This document shows, one piece after another, positions 19,428 to 28,757 of a DNA stretch of 64,000 bases (the first letter of the stretch is position 1; every line of letters begins with the position of its first letter). The notes under the pieces were generated by a model, which was not told where the DNA came from, did no database searches, and was given only the letters and a program-made list of their open reading frames with translations. The translations under genes and the position numbers were made by a program. The stretch lies in the sequence record NC_019526.1; one strand, written 5' to 3'.

Positions 19428-20036
19428 ATGAAATTAGAATATTTCCCAAATTTAGAATACAAACATTGTATTGCTTATTCAATGTTTGTGGAAGATTTAA
19501 TTAACGCATTACATGATCCAGAAATACGAAGAGAATGTGGAATTATAAGAATAGAAAATGATAGATTTTATATCAACACTGGAATTAGAAAAATAGATCT
19601 GGATATATTAAGTGTAGATACAACCTCTACACCAACCTTGATTTCTTCCAGAGTTGGTAATTTCGAATTTTACTGGACTCACTGTTATGAATTCAATAAA
19701 GATTCTAAACATGATTTTATGATAGATGGTGATTTGTGCGAAAAAATTAAGTACAGTTATGACTATACAGAAGAAATGTTCTTTCAAAACAGCTTATTAT
19801 ACAAAAACTGTGATTTGTTTTATATTATATTATTCAATTATTTAAAATGTAATTTAAATCATTCATTCTGTATGGCATCTGCACCCATCCCTGAAGATTT
19901 TTTTAAATTAATTCCAAATTTACTTTACATTGCTACCGAAAAGGGGTATTATGGTGATCTGTTAGAGTTGATGAAAAATATTCATCCAAATAACAACGAT
20001 AAAAGTTCATATCTATCAGGATTTAGCAATCTATGA
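19428..20036 (+). CDS. family A protein
   Basis: YTEEMFFQNSLLY. Confidence 0.8.
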   Translation: MKLEYFPNLEYKHCIAYSMFVEDLINALHDPEIRRECGIIRIENDRFYINTGIRKIDLDILSVDTTSTPTLISSRVGNFEFYWTHCYEFNKDSKHDFMIDGDLCEKIKYSYDYTEEMFFQNSLLYKNCDLFYIILFNYLKCNLNHSFCMASAPIPEDFFKLIPNLLYIATEKGYYGDLLELMKNIHPNNNDKSSYLSGFSNL

Positions 20037-20596
20037 CATACGAAGAATACAAAAAGACAATACCAGTACTCGCTGAAATTGTTTCATTACTAAAAAATCA
20101 TCTAAGTAAAAGAACCATATACAACGATAGATTCTTCACCTTACCCAAATCCAATTTTTATATAAAACAAATCAATGATGCTGATATTGACATAAGAATT
20201 TCAAAAAATAGTGATTCTATTATTCGCGTTGCAAAAGAATCTCAGTGTTTTGATGGAGAGATTCCTATGTTACTTCGTCAGTTCGGTGATGTATATTGTT
20301 CATCCAGAAAACACCCAGGGTATATTAAAATATATTCAAGTGAAAGTGACATAGATTTACTTGATGTTGACTGCCCAGAAGAGCAATTATTTCAATATAG
20401 TACAATTCTTTCTAATATAGATCTTATCGTACTTGATCTTGAGTTAGAACTTCAAAAAGTACTTGACGAAAATGTTTACTGTGTAATTACATTATTCTAT
20501 GATAATGATTACTATAGTGAATGTGCTTCATACAATGATTATGTAAATCTACGAGATGATTTAAAAGATGAAAAAAGAACATGGGAACATTATTAA
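20033..20596 (+). CDS. family A protein
   Basis: CPEEQLFQYSTIL. Confidence 0.8.
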   Translation: MTYEEYKKTIPVLAEIVSLLKNHLSKRTIYNDRFFTLPKSNFYIKQINDADIDIRISKNSDSIIRVAKESQCFDGEIPMLLRQFGDVYCSSRKHPGYIKIYSSESDIDLLDVDCPEEQLFQYSTILSNIDLIVLDLELELQKVLDENVYCVITLFYDNDYYSECASYNDYVNLRDDLKDEKRTWEHY

Positions 20597-21152
20597 TAAC
20601 TTAAAAGTTATTAAAGAATTAAGCACTGCTATGATTTTGTTGTACAAAAATACAGACAAAATTAATGCTGATAATTATATTCTAAGTACTACCAGATTAA
20701 ATCCATACGAAAATGGAACATTGTACTTGAGAACAAAAGCATCTCAAAATATCATTGGAATTATGAATGAATCAGTTTGCCTGGAAGAATATGCATACAA
20801 AGATGAAGAGGTACCTGGTAATTACAGGGTTATTATACGAGATTCGGCATTCTTCTTATGTAGTCCGATGAATCCATTTTTCAATAAAATATATGCTGAT
20901 TTTAATTATACAAATGGTGTTGAAACTTTTCCCATTCCCAGTGAAGATACATGGGAAGAAGAGATGTTTCAACTATCATTAGTAGTACCAAATATGGTAT
21001 GTTCCGAAGTACTGGAATTATATAAAGAAATACACAATAATATTGAAAGTCATTTTTATATTTCATATGAATATGAAAATTATGATACCACATTATTAAA
21101 AGATGCATTAAATGACGTTAAAAAATTTATCAAGCACTACATCAACAAATGA
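20568..21152 (+). CDS. family A protein
   Basis: TWEEEMFQLSLVV. Confidence 0.8.
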   Translation: MKKEHGNIINNLKVIKELSTAMILLYKNTDKINADNYILSTTRLNPYENGTLYLRTKASQNIIGIMNESVCLEEYAYKDEEVPGNYRVIIRDSAFFLCSPMNPFFNKIYADFNYTNGVETFPIPSEDTWEEEMFQLSLVVPNMVCSEVLELYKEIHNNIESHFYISYEYENYDTTLLKDALNDVKKFIKHYINK

Positions 21153-21159
21153 TACTGAA

Positions 21160-21690
21160 ATGTACTTATTGTACAAAAATATTTTACTTGAATTAAAAAG
21201 ATTATTGCATACTGATAATGTACGCGATAATTATCTACATCAAGATATAAATGGTGAAATTTATTGTATAATTTCTGATGGTAAAATCGCATTATATGCT
21301 AATTCCGAAAATATAGCATTCACTTATGTTTTATTTGCTTATTCGTTTAATTCACCAAATTACGTATCAGAAAAATATAGAGTAGAATATGATTCATATG
21401 TATACCTTGATCGTGATAATTCAACTAATGAATATATGATTAATCACGAAACAAATAATATCATCCAATTGATTAAAGAAAATGAGTTGAGTTCAGATGA
21501 ATTAGAAAGTTTATTATTCCAACATAATACACTGTATTCAGATGAAGATAAATTTTGTATTTGGATGGATTATTATATCAGAGACTACATCGAAGATGGA
21601 TATTATTTCTGTGTAAACTACAACAGACTAAATGAATTCAGTACTGACATATATGAAAATATTCTATTGGAATTAAAGAAATATGATTGA
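21160..21690 (+). CDS. family A protein
   Basis: ELESLLFQHNTLY; start probably ATG 21160. Confidence 0.75.
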   Translation: MYLLYKNILLELKRLLHTDNVRDNYLHQDINGEIYCIISDGKIALYANSENIAFTYVLFAYSFNSPNYVSEKYRVEYDSYVYLDRDNSTNEYMINHETNNIIQLIKENELSSDELESLLFQHNTLYSDEDKFCIWMDYYIRDYIEDGYYFCVNYNRLNEFSTDIYENILLELKKYD

Positions 21691-22294
21691 ATTAAAATTT
21701 AAAATACAAGAACTAAAAGAACTGGTAATTAATTTAAAGAATGTAAATGATAAATTCCATCTCTCAGAAAATTTCATGATTTATATTCCGGGTACCGAAT
21801 CAACACTCATTCATGAAATGTCAACAAAAGGAATATATTCCAATATTACATTGAAATCAAAAGATTACAAAACTAATATCTGTTACAACACTATCTCTTT
21901 AATCAGGAGTTCAGATCCCTCTGAAGAACGTATCAGGAAATCTAAAACAGTAGGTTCAATTTATAGTAGTTCATGTAATATATATTCTTTATCCGATAAT
22001 ACTAAAATGGAGATTGGTATATATGAAAACTATCATAGAAAGTGTGATACCAGTGAAAACGGAACTATTGAATTACCTGAATATGTAAAAGATTCTGATG
22101 AATTTGAAGCATTATTATTTCAATACAGTACAGAGAGTGGTATTAAGTACAACCGATTATTAAAAATGCGTATCATACACGAAATATGTGATTTACTTCA
22201 ATATGAAGAAATATCAATAGATGATACCTTATTTGATTTGAATTCAGATGATTTAAAAACAATTATACAGGAATTAAAATTAAAATTATGCTGA
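21683..22294 (+). CDS. family A protein
   Basis: EFEALLFQYSTES. Confidence 0.8.
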   Translation: MIELKFKIQELKELVINLKNVNDKFHLSENFMIYIPGTESTLIHEMSTKGIYSNITLKSKDYKTNICYNTISLIRSSDPSEERIRKSKTVGSIYSSSCNIYSLSDNTKMEIGIYENYHRKCDTSENGTIELPEYVKDSDEFEALLFQYSTESGIKYNRLLKMRIIHEICDLLQYEEISIDDTLFDLNSDDLKTIIQELKLKLC

Positions 22295-22851
22295 CATTGA
22301 CCGAAATTATTGAGTACGACAATAAAATTATCAATCTGTTGAGTGATATATCATTTGAATTTAACAAAAAAGAAGATAAAAACAACAATAAAGCCACTAT
22401 ACTGAAAGTAAATGATAGTGAATTAGTTGTATTAGAAAATAATCTTCATTTTTATTCTGTTATACTTAAAGTGTATAATGGTATGTCAGACACTCCGTGG
22501 TATATGGTGAAAAACACAGATGATTATGATACATTTCGTGGTATTAAACCATTCATCAACGAGTATGGTATTTTTTGTACTGCAAATGATTACGATGTAT
22601 TATATGATGAATACGATCAATTCGGTACTGTTCATAACGTACTAACAGAAGAACAGTACGCTTGTATAGAAAGCACTGCGTTTCAGTTGAGTACTGAGTT
22701 TGATTTACAAGTAGTAAGAGTATTAGCAATGCAAACCAATTTGTATTACAACAAAAGACACTATCAAATAATGTGTAATACAAAAATTCAGGATCATTTA
22801 TATAATCCAAAGTTAATTTTAAATCTAGAAAAATATCTGGAAAAATTATGA
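22288..22851 (+). CDS. family A protein
   Basis: CIESTAFQLSTEF. Confidence 0.75.
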   Translation: MLTLTEIIEYDNKIINLLSDISFEFNKKEDKNNNKATILKVNDSELVVLENNLHFYSVILKVYNGMSDTPWYMVKNTDDYDTFRGIKPFINEYGIFCTANDYDVLYDEYDQFGTVHNVLTEEQYACIESTAFQLSTEFDLQVVRVLAMQTNLYYNKRHYQIMCNTKIQDHLYNPKLILNLEKYLEKL

Positions 22852-23339
22852 AAGAAATTATTGAACTAATAGAATTAATACAATCATGTATAAGTTCATA
22901 TAAACTTGCTGCCGGTGAACATAATTTGAATGCTGATTTTGATTTAGTAGTCAATAATCAAAAGAAATGCATTCACTTGATTAAAAAATCCAGTACTAAA
23001 ACAATCAAACACACAGCACTCATGATAGCTTCTTCACATCCTGCTAAAAAATATAATTCAAATATTGCTAATATAAGTTCACTGTACAAACCAGAAAGTA
23101 CATCTTCATATATCAGTTCAATTAAAAGTGAATTAGATTTTCATAAATGCACTTTGGATTCTTATGAAGAATTAGAATTTCAGTACAGTACGATAATTAC
23201 ACGAAGTGATATTTTTATAATTCAATGCTTATTATATTCAATTGATTTTAAAGATATTGTGTACATGACAAATGATTTCACGAAATACAATTATATTGAA
23301 ATACTCCGATTATTAAAGGACAAACTATGCCAAAATTAG
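22848..23339 (+). CDS. family A protein
   Basis: SYEELEFQYSTII. Confidence 0.8.
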   Translation: MKEIIELIELIQSCISSYKLAAGEHNLNADFDLVVNNQKKCIHLIKKSSTKTIKHTALMIASSHPAKKYNSNIANISSLYKPESTSSYISSIKSELDFHKCTLDSYEELEFQYSTIITRSDIFIIQCLLYSIDFKDIVYMTNDFTKYNYIEILRLLKDKLCQN

Positions 23340-23920
23340 ATGCACAGTACTGTGATAAATTACTTAATGCATTGATTACTATACAGAAGAATATAAAAAA
23401 AGAAAAGAGTATTCAAATTTACTACAATGACAGTTATATTCTCGTACAATGCAACCCAGATGGGAATTATGTAGAGTTCAGTTTAAAGAAAGAAGATGTT
23501 CATGATTGTATTAGTATTGATTTACATGAAGCAACACCACAACAAAGTTTAAAAAATATCATTAAAGCATATAAAAGAACTACATATGCATTTGACACTT
23601 TAGTACACAGATATAAAACATTTTATTGTATGTTTGATACAGATGACTATGATTTTAATTTAGTGGGATTTGATGAAAATAATATAATTAACATTCCTTA
23701 TGACTTTGATGATGAATTATATTTTCAGTACAGTACTTTGTATAGTTTACCACCACAGAGCGTTCTTGAGCTTCATAAAAACATTCATAAAAAATGTAAA
23801 AATGAACTACCAATTAAAAGTGTAGTAAGAATTTCATATCTATCCATCGAATTAGATCAAAACGAAATGGATGAAATTTTGGAATCTTTGTATTCATTGG
23901 TTCCTGTGTTTAAGCATTAA
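23327..23920 (+). CDS. family A protein
   Basis: FDDELYFQYSTLY. Confidence 0.8.
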   Translation: MPKLDAQYCDKLLNALITIQKNIKKEKSIQIYYNDSYILVQCNPDGNYVEFSLKKEDVHDCISIDLHEATPQQSLKNIIKAYKRTTYAFDTLVHRYKTFYCMFDTDDYDFNLVGFDENNIINIPYDFDDELYFQYSTLYSLPPQSVLELHKNIHKKCKNELPIKSVVRISYLSIELDQNEMDEILESLYSLVPVFKH

Positions 23921-23957
23921 AATCCCCCTTGACTGGGGTTTTTTTATTTGTTATAAT
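23921..23957 (+). promoter_or_regulatory. terminator hairpin with an embedded sigma70 promoter
   Basis: AATCCCC-cttgact-GGGGTT followed by a T-run; TTGACT (23929)-17 bp-TATAAT (23952). Confidence 0.7.
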
Positions 23958-23976
23958 AAAAAATAGAGAATATAAA

Positions 23977-24603
23977 ATGAAAAAAGAATCATATAACATA
24001 CTTCGTGTATGTGAAAATTTAATATTGTTGTTACTGGCTTATAAGAAAAATATAAATTTAAGCAAGAAAATTCTTGATTATCATATTAATATTAATATTA
24101 CATGTAGTACTCATATTTCAATATATTTAAATATTAGTAATTTTGGTTCTATTACAACAACATCATCCAATATAATTTCATTTAATGCTGATAATATTCA
24201 ACCAGTTGAATTAAATTTACCAATTGAAGATATTAAAGGTGAAATGATTTATTTTGATGACCGATATTGTGAATATGATGTTAATAGTCCAAATTTAGTC
24301 GGAGCGTATTTAAAAAAATATGATCCTGATATTGATGGATACAATGAAACAAACTGCCATGAAGTAATGGAAAAGACGTATGATGAATGGGCTTTTCAGT
24401 ACAGTACATTATATGATTTTGTTCCAGATAAAGAAGATTATTTTTACTTGAAAAATTTCATGCATAAATTGGGTAACGAATTCGATTATACATATTCAAA
24501 TATTTTATTTGAATCAAAAGTGGATATTGTGAATCTAAAATCCGCAATTGATATATGTACCGAAACTGTTAAAAGGAAGATTGATGAAAACTCCGATATT
24601 TGA
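23977..24603 (+). CDS. family A protein
   Basis: TYDEWAFQYSTLY. Confidence 0.8.
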   Translation: MKKESYNILRVCENLILLLLAYKKNINLSKKILDYHININITCSTHISIYLNISNFGSITTTSSNIISFNADNIQPVELNLPIEDIKGEMIYFDDRYCEYDVNSPNLVGAYLKKYDPDIDGYNETNCHEVMEKTYDEWAFQYSTLYDFVPDKEDYFYLKNFMHKLGNEFDYTYSNILFESKVDIVNLKSAIDICTETVKRKIDENSDI

Positions 24604-25099
24604 AAAATCAAAGGAATATGCACAACGCATATCTGATTGTATTGAACTTATTCAATCAATGAGAAAAACTTTTTACGTAAATCACAAAGGTTCTTTTCGA
24701 TATCAACATGAAAATAATGGACTTATTACCATGAGCAGAGGCAAATCGCCTTTTGGTGAGGTTATATTAACATATGTACCAGATAATATTCATATTCCGT
24801 TCAATGATAATTATCTAATAGAAATATCAAATTATATTCCAGTACTAGATTATACAGAAGAAACCGAATTTCAATATAGTACTTTGTATAATAATGAAGA
24901 ATTGTTAATGCATTATATATATTCCATTCTATGGAATTTGAACATCAAAGGGAAAATTTATATAAACCAAAATATAAATTTAAGAACATATACAATGGCA
25001 TTGAAAAATATCAATAGTTATTTTCAGGACACAAATTATAATTTATATAAAGAATTGTGTAATAAAAAATTCAAATCAATGGAAATAAACTACTTATGA
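24584..25099 (+). CDS. family A protein
   Basis: YTEETEFQYSTLY; AGGA SD before ATG 24584. Confidence 0.8.
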   Translation: MKTPIFEKSKEYAQRISDCIELIQSMRKTFYVNHKGSFRYQHENNGLITMSRGKSPFGEVILTYVPDNIHIPFNDNYLIEISNYIPVLDYTEETEFQYSTLYNNEELLMHYIYSILWNLNIKGKIYINQNINLRTYTMALKNINSYFQDTNYNLYKELCNKKFKSMEINYL

Positions 25100-25680
25100 T
25101 TGAAAGATATGAGTTTAGTACAAGAATATTAAATGAAGCACTCAAAAAAGTGCCATTAATTGTGGAAAAACATAGTAAATTATATTCTAAGTACAATAGT
25201 AATAGTACATTCAATGTTGGTATTAAAAATCAGAATTATGAAACTAACATTGATGATAGTTCCATTGAATATGGTTCAGCAAATGGTTCTTCATGGACAA
25301 TTGAATTTGACAATTCACTCCATGATTATTATAACTGGACACCAGAATATAATGAATTTAGCTTTAATACATCATCTGTTGCTTTTTTGGTTAGTAGTGA
25401 ACATATGTTGTACGCTCTTTATGATTTTAATACTGAAATTTTTATAATCGAAGACACCGATTTATCTTTTGAAGTAAATTGCATAGATTCGCTACGTGAA
25501 ATGATTTTTACATTACAACTGGAGTACTCAGATATTATTGAGACTGAATTACTATGGAGTATGCTATCACCGATGATTGAGTTTAAAAAGCTGTTGACAC
25601 CTGACAAAGATGTTGCTATTATATTTGAACCATATAGACAAGAGTTTTTAGAATTAAACCCAGAGATACCAAACGTATGA
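25096..25680 (+). CDS. divergent family A-like protein
   Basis: SLREMIFTLQLEY at the equivalent position. Confidence 0.65.
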   Translation: MIERYEFSTRILNEALKKVPLIVEKHSKLYSKYNSNSTFNVGIKNQNYETNIDDSSIEYGSANGSSWTIEFDNSLHDYYNWTPEYNEFSFNTSSVAFLVSSEHMLYALYDFNTEIFIIEDTDLSFEVNCIDSLREMIFTLQLEYSDIIETELLWSMLSPMIEFKKLLTPDKDVAIIFEPYRQEFLELNPEIPNV

Positions 25681-26087
25681 TTCTATATCACTGTAGTACT
25701 GTAAAAATTGACAGCTTTTATATCCCCTTTGGTGGCTTACATTTTGGTGGTATTAATAGTGCTTTAGAAGCGGCGTTACGTAAGCTGAGAAGCCCACGAA
25801 ACACGTTGGATCACAAGGAGATACATATCCATAAATGTTTCGTGGAACTCGGTAAAACACAGCACAGTGAGGATTTGGGTGGTGAGGATTCGTGGAGAGC
25901 GGTGATCGATGAATGCTCACGATTAGGATTTAATTCAGTACAATATAAGAATGTATATGAACCTGATTCAGTACCTAGCTATATGATTTGGGACGCCAGT
26001 AGAGTAAAAATCATAGAAGTGGATTGTATTCATATGGATGACGCCGAACAAATACTGGAAGAATTTTATGATTCACATTGTACTTAA
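25677..26087 (+). CDS. putative ADP-ribosyltransferase-fold protein (ART-PolyVal-like)
   Basis: LYHCST...F...GLHFG...A...; C-terminal GFNSVQYKNVYE...SYMIWDASRVKII matches the YHGT/GFYF/GYDG..YVVF..QIK pattern as recalled. Confidence 0.55.
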   Translation: MILYHCSTVKIDSFYIPFGGLHFGGINSALEAALRKLRSPRNTLDHKEIHIHKCFVELGKTQHSEDLGGEDSWRAVIDECSRLGFNSVQYKNVYEPDSVPSYMIWDASRVKIIEVDCIHMDDAEQILEEFYDSHCT

Positions 26088-26107
26088 ACTAATACAGGTA
26101 ACGATTC

Positions 26108-26659
26108 ATGTCAGAACCAATAGAATATTTTAAAGCATGTTCTCGTTTGGTTAATTCAATTTCAAAGGATTTTTTATCAAGAAAACCAAAAGAGTATATT
26201 GATGATGTACTTGGATATAATTTTATATTATATTGTGGTTTTAGTTCATTAAGAATTTCAGTTGATGATGAAAACGAAACACCAGTACTTACAATTTTTA
26301 ATGTTGATTACATAACATGCAACCCAAAAGTATTTCATAAACCACGCTGGTGTATAACTAATATTGTTAACAGTGGTATTCAATGTGGTTTGGTGAAAAA
26401 AATTACCCACCGTTTTGATTCAGACGCTGAACTCATAGATTATGAGAATGATTTTAGTTCTAAGTTATTCTCTAATACTTTAACTGAAGAAGAATTTTTT
26501 CAGTACAGTACGGTACTGAAATTAAACACATTGGAATATTATCTGGAATGGAATAAAACTATAATGCAAGACAATACAAATGAAAAAGTTGTTTGGCATT
26601 GGTATTATGGTGATTTCATTTCAAAAGAAGCTATTGATGAATTATCGAAAAGAATATAA
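26108..26659 (+). CDS. family A protein
   Basis: LTEEEFFQYSTVL. Confidence 0.8.
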   Translation: MSEPIEYFKACSRLVNSISKDFLSRKPKEYIDDVLGYNFILYCGFSSLRISVDDENETPVLTIFNVDYITCNPKVFHKPRWCITNIVNSGIQCGLVKKITHRFDSDAELIDYENDFSSKLFSNTLTEEEFFQYSTVLKLNTLEYYLEWNKTIMQDNTNEKVVWHWYYGDFISKEAIDELSKRI

Positions 26660-26672
26660 TAAGGATTAAAAA

Positions 26673-27161
26673 ATGATGCTTGACATTATCGGAAATTTAG
26701 ATATAGTTAATCAAATCATTCAATCAGCAATTGATGATATTAAGAAGAAGGAGATTGAAGTACGATGGAATTTCTTATCGTCTGATATTGGATACCTTGT
26801 TGATATTAGTGAACCAACAAAGAAACAAATGGTTGTACAAATCAATGCACTAAGTAACAGGCAATCTCTCTGTAAATTTTATATTACAAAGAATGGGATA
26901 ATTCTCAGATATAATAATAAATTGTTGTTTGAATACAAAAACAGTACTAAAACATTCATTACAAATTTATTTGATGAACCATTTTATATTGATGATTTAG
27001 AAAGTACTTTCTTTACTCAAAGATGTTTAAATTCGTTTGGTTCACTGGATAATATAGTATTTGATTATGATATCATGACTGAAACATTAAAGAAAACACA
27101 GGATTTATATTATGCCTACTTGGTGTTTACCCAAAAACGAGAAAATGCTAACACAGCCTGA
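26673..27161 (+). CDS. divergent family A-like protein
   Basis: DLESTFFTQRCL. Confidence 0.6.
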   Translation: MMLDIIGNLDIVNQIIQSAIDDIKKKEIEVRWNFLSSDIGYLVDISEPTKKQMVVQINALSNRQSLCKFYITKNGIILRYNNKLLFEYKNSTKTFITNLFDEPFYIDDLESTFFTQRCLNSFGSLDNIVFDYDIMTETLKKTQDLYYAYLVFTQKRENANTA

Positions 27162-27591
27162 CGATAGCGTATATAAGTGTATTGAGCATTTCGATTATTT
27201 TATTAATTCAAACAAAGAATTTATTGTGGTCGATTGTATACCATTGTATTTCATTAAATCCGATTCAAATACAATCAAAGAATTTAATATGTACTATGGT
27301 AGTGAATTTATATCAATTAAATTAATCAATAAATATTTGAAAAATTCTTATTCAATTGAAAGTTATTACAATGGAATATTTTTGCTCGGTATTAGTAATG
27401 AGTACATAAATTCAGTACTATTAAAATCAAACACAAATAAACCAGTTTATGCTGATCGAGAAGCATTCAATGAAATCGATTTCTTCCAGTATACATGTGG
27501 TGATGCTTATATACCATTACACACCAATACGATGTGTTTAGTTAAAGATAAATTGTTGGAGATTGAAAATGATTTCAAAAAATACTATTAA
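27145..27591 (+). CDS. family A protein
   Basis: FNEIDFFQYTCG. Confidence 0.7.
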   Translation: MLTQPDDSVYKCIEHFDYFINSNKEFIVVDCIPLYFIKSDSNTIKEFNMYYGSEFISIKLINKYLKNSYSIESYYNGIFLLGISNEYINSVLLKSNTNKPVYADREAFNEIDFFQYTCGDAYIPLHTNTMCLVKDKLLEIENDFKKYY

Positions 27592-28060
27592 AACTGGAAT
27601 GCAATGTTTGATTGATTATTTTGAAAATCCAAAATCATACACTGAGGTACTGAAAGGTGATCACACATTTCATTACTACGGTGATGATATTCAGATTATA
27701 GTTGGATTTCATACATTAAAACTTTGTATTATTGATAATAAAAATTCAAATTGTTTTATTTTCTCTCCAGTAAAAATGCGAGAAGATGATATTTGCACCG
27801 AATTCGGTACTATTGTTGCTGTAATTGATGATGATGGTAGAAAAACACATGTATACGATACACTATTCATTGAAAGTTCTACTTTATTTCAATTGAGTTT
27901 AATTCACGATATTAATATTGATGGATTGGATATATTGATGTATAAGTACGGTGAATTACTTGAATTACTAGGGAAATCTAAAATTAATCACAATACTAAA
28001 TACATTAAAGAAGCATGTGAAAATTTATCAAAAGCTCACGTGCAATACTCTAACGAATAA
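27569..28060 (+). CDS. family A protein
   Basis: IESSTLFQLSLIH. Confidence 0.75.
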   Translation: MISKNTIKTGMQCLIDYFENPKSYTEVLKGDHTFHYYGDDIQIIVGFHTLKLCIIDNKNSNCFIFSPVKMREDDICTEFGTIVAVIDDDGRKTHVYDTLFIESSTLFQLSLIHDINIDGLDILMYKYGELLELLGKSKINHNTKYIKEACENLSKAHVQYSNE

Positions 28061-28062
28061 GA

Positions 28063-28087
28063 CACTTCAGGAAGAAGTGCATTTTTT
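28063..28087 (+). terminator. intrinsic terminator closing the family A array
   Basis: CACTTC-aggaa-GAAGTG + T-run. Confidence 0.55.
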
Positions 28088-28101
28088 GGAAAGGATGCCC
28101 C

Positions 28102-28578
28102 ATGGAAAAGACCAGCATCATCGAAAATGGTGATATTAACGATATTTTATCTTTGAATGGATTTAAAATTCATGATATAATGTTTTCAGTGAGAGACATA
28201 ATTCAGTGCTTATTTTTATGTAGTAAAACAATGTACGATTATTATCATAGTGATTTATGTAATATGTTTGTCATTACTATCAGTACTGAAAACTCTTTTG
28301 TATTATCTTTTCCAATGAATACCAATGAAGAATTCATTCAAGCAGTACTAAGAAATGATAATGTAACTAATGCACAAACTGAAGTTCATAGAAAGAAGAA
28401 TACTTATACAATTAAAGATGATAAAATCATTATGTTTGTTAGTAAAGGTTTTATCATGGATAACTTCATTGTTAAAGAATCTTATCATGATTTTAAAATT
28501 GAACCTGATAGTTCTAAAGTTATGATTTATGCTAGTGATATTGAATCAATTACAGTATCTGATCCTGAACTGGAGTAA
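28102..28578 (+). CDS. hypothetical protein
   Basis: 158-aa ORF with AAGGA SD. Confidence 0.7.
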   Translation: MEKTSIIENGDINDILSLNGFKIHDIMFSVRDIIQCLFLCSKTMYDYYHSDLCNMFVITISTENSFVLSFPMNTNEEFIQAVLRNDNVTNAQTEVHRKKNTYTIKDDKIIMFVSKGFIMDNFIVKESYHDFKIEPDSSKVMIYASDIESITVSDPELE

Positions 28579-28582
28579 TATT

Positions 28583-28723
28583 ATGTCAAAGAAAAATAAA
28601 GTAAACAACTACGTTGCAAAGTACTGCAATGAGTTCAATAAAGCTCAAACTCACGTAGATCGTAAAAAAGAATTCAAAAAGGGTAAAATCAAACACAAAG
28701 GCGGGAGTGAATACTTCCGCTAA
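28583..28723 (+). CDS. small basic protein of a type common in T4-like phages
   Basis: NNYVAKYCNEFNKAQTHVDRKKEFKKGKIKHK pattern; GGAG SD. Confidence 0.65.
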   Translation: MSKKNKVNNYVAKYCNEFNKAQTHVDRKKEFKKGKIKHKGGSEYFR

Positions 28724-28757
28724 TTTTTCGCCTAAATTTCGAGAAGAATAAAATAAT

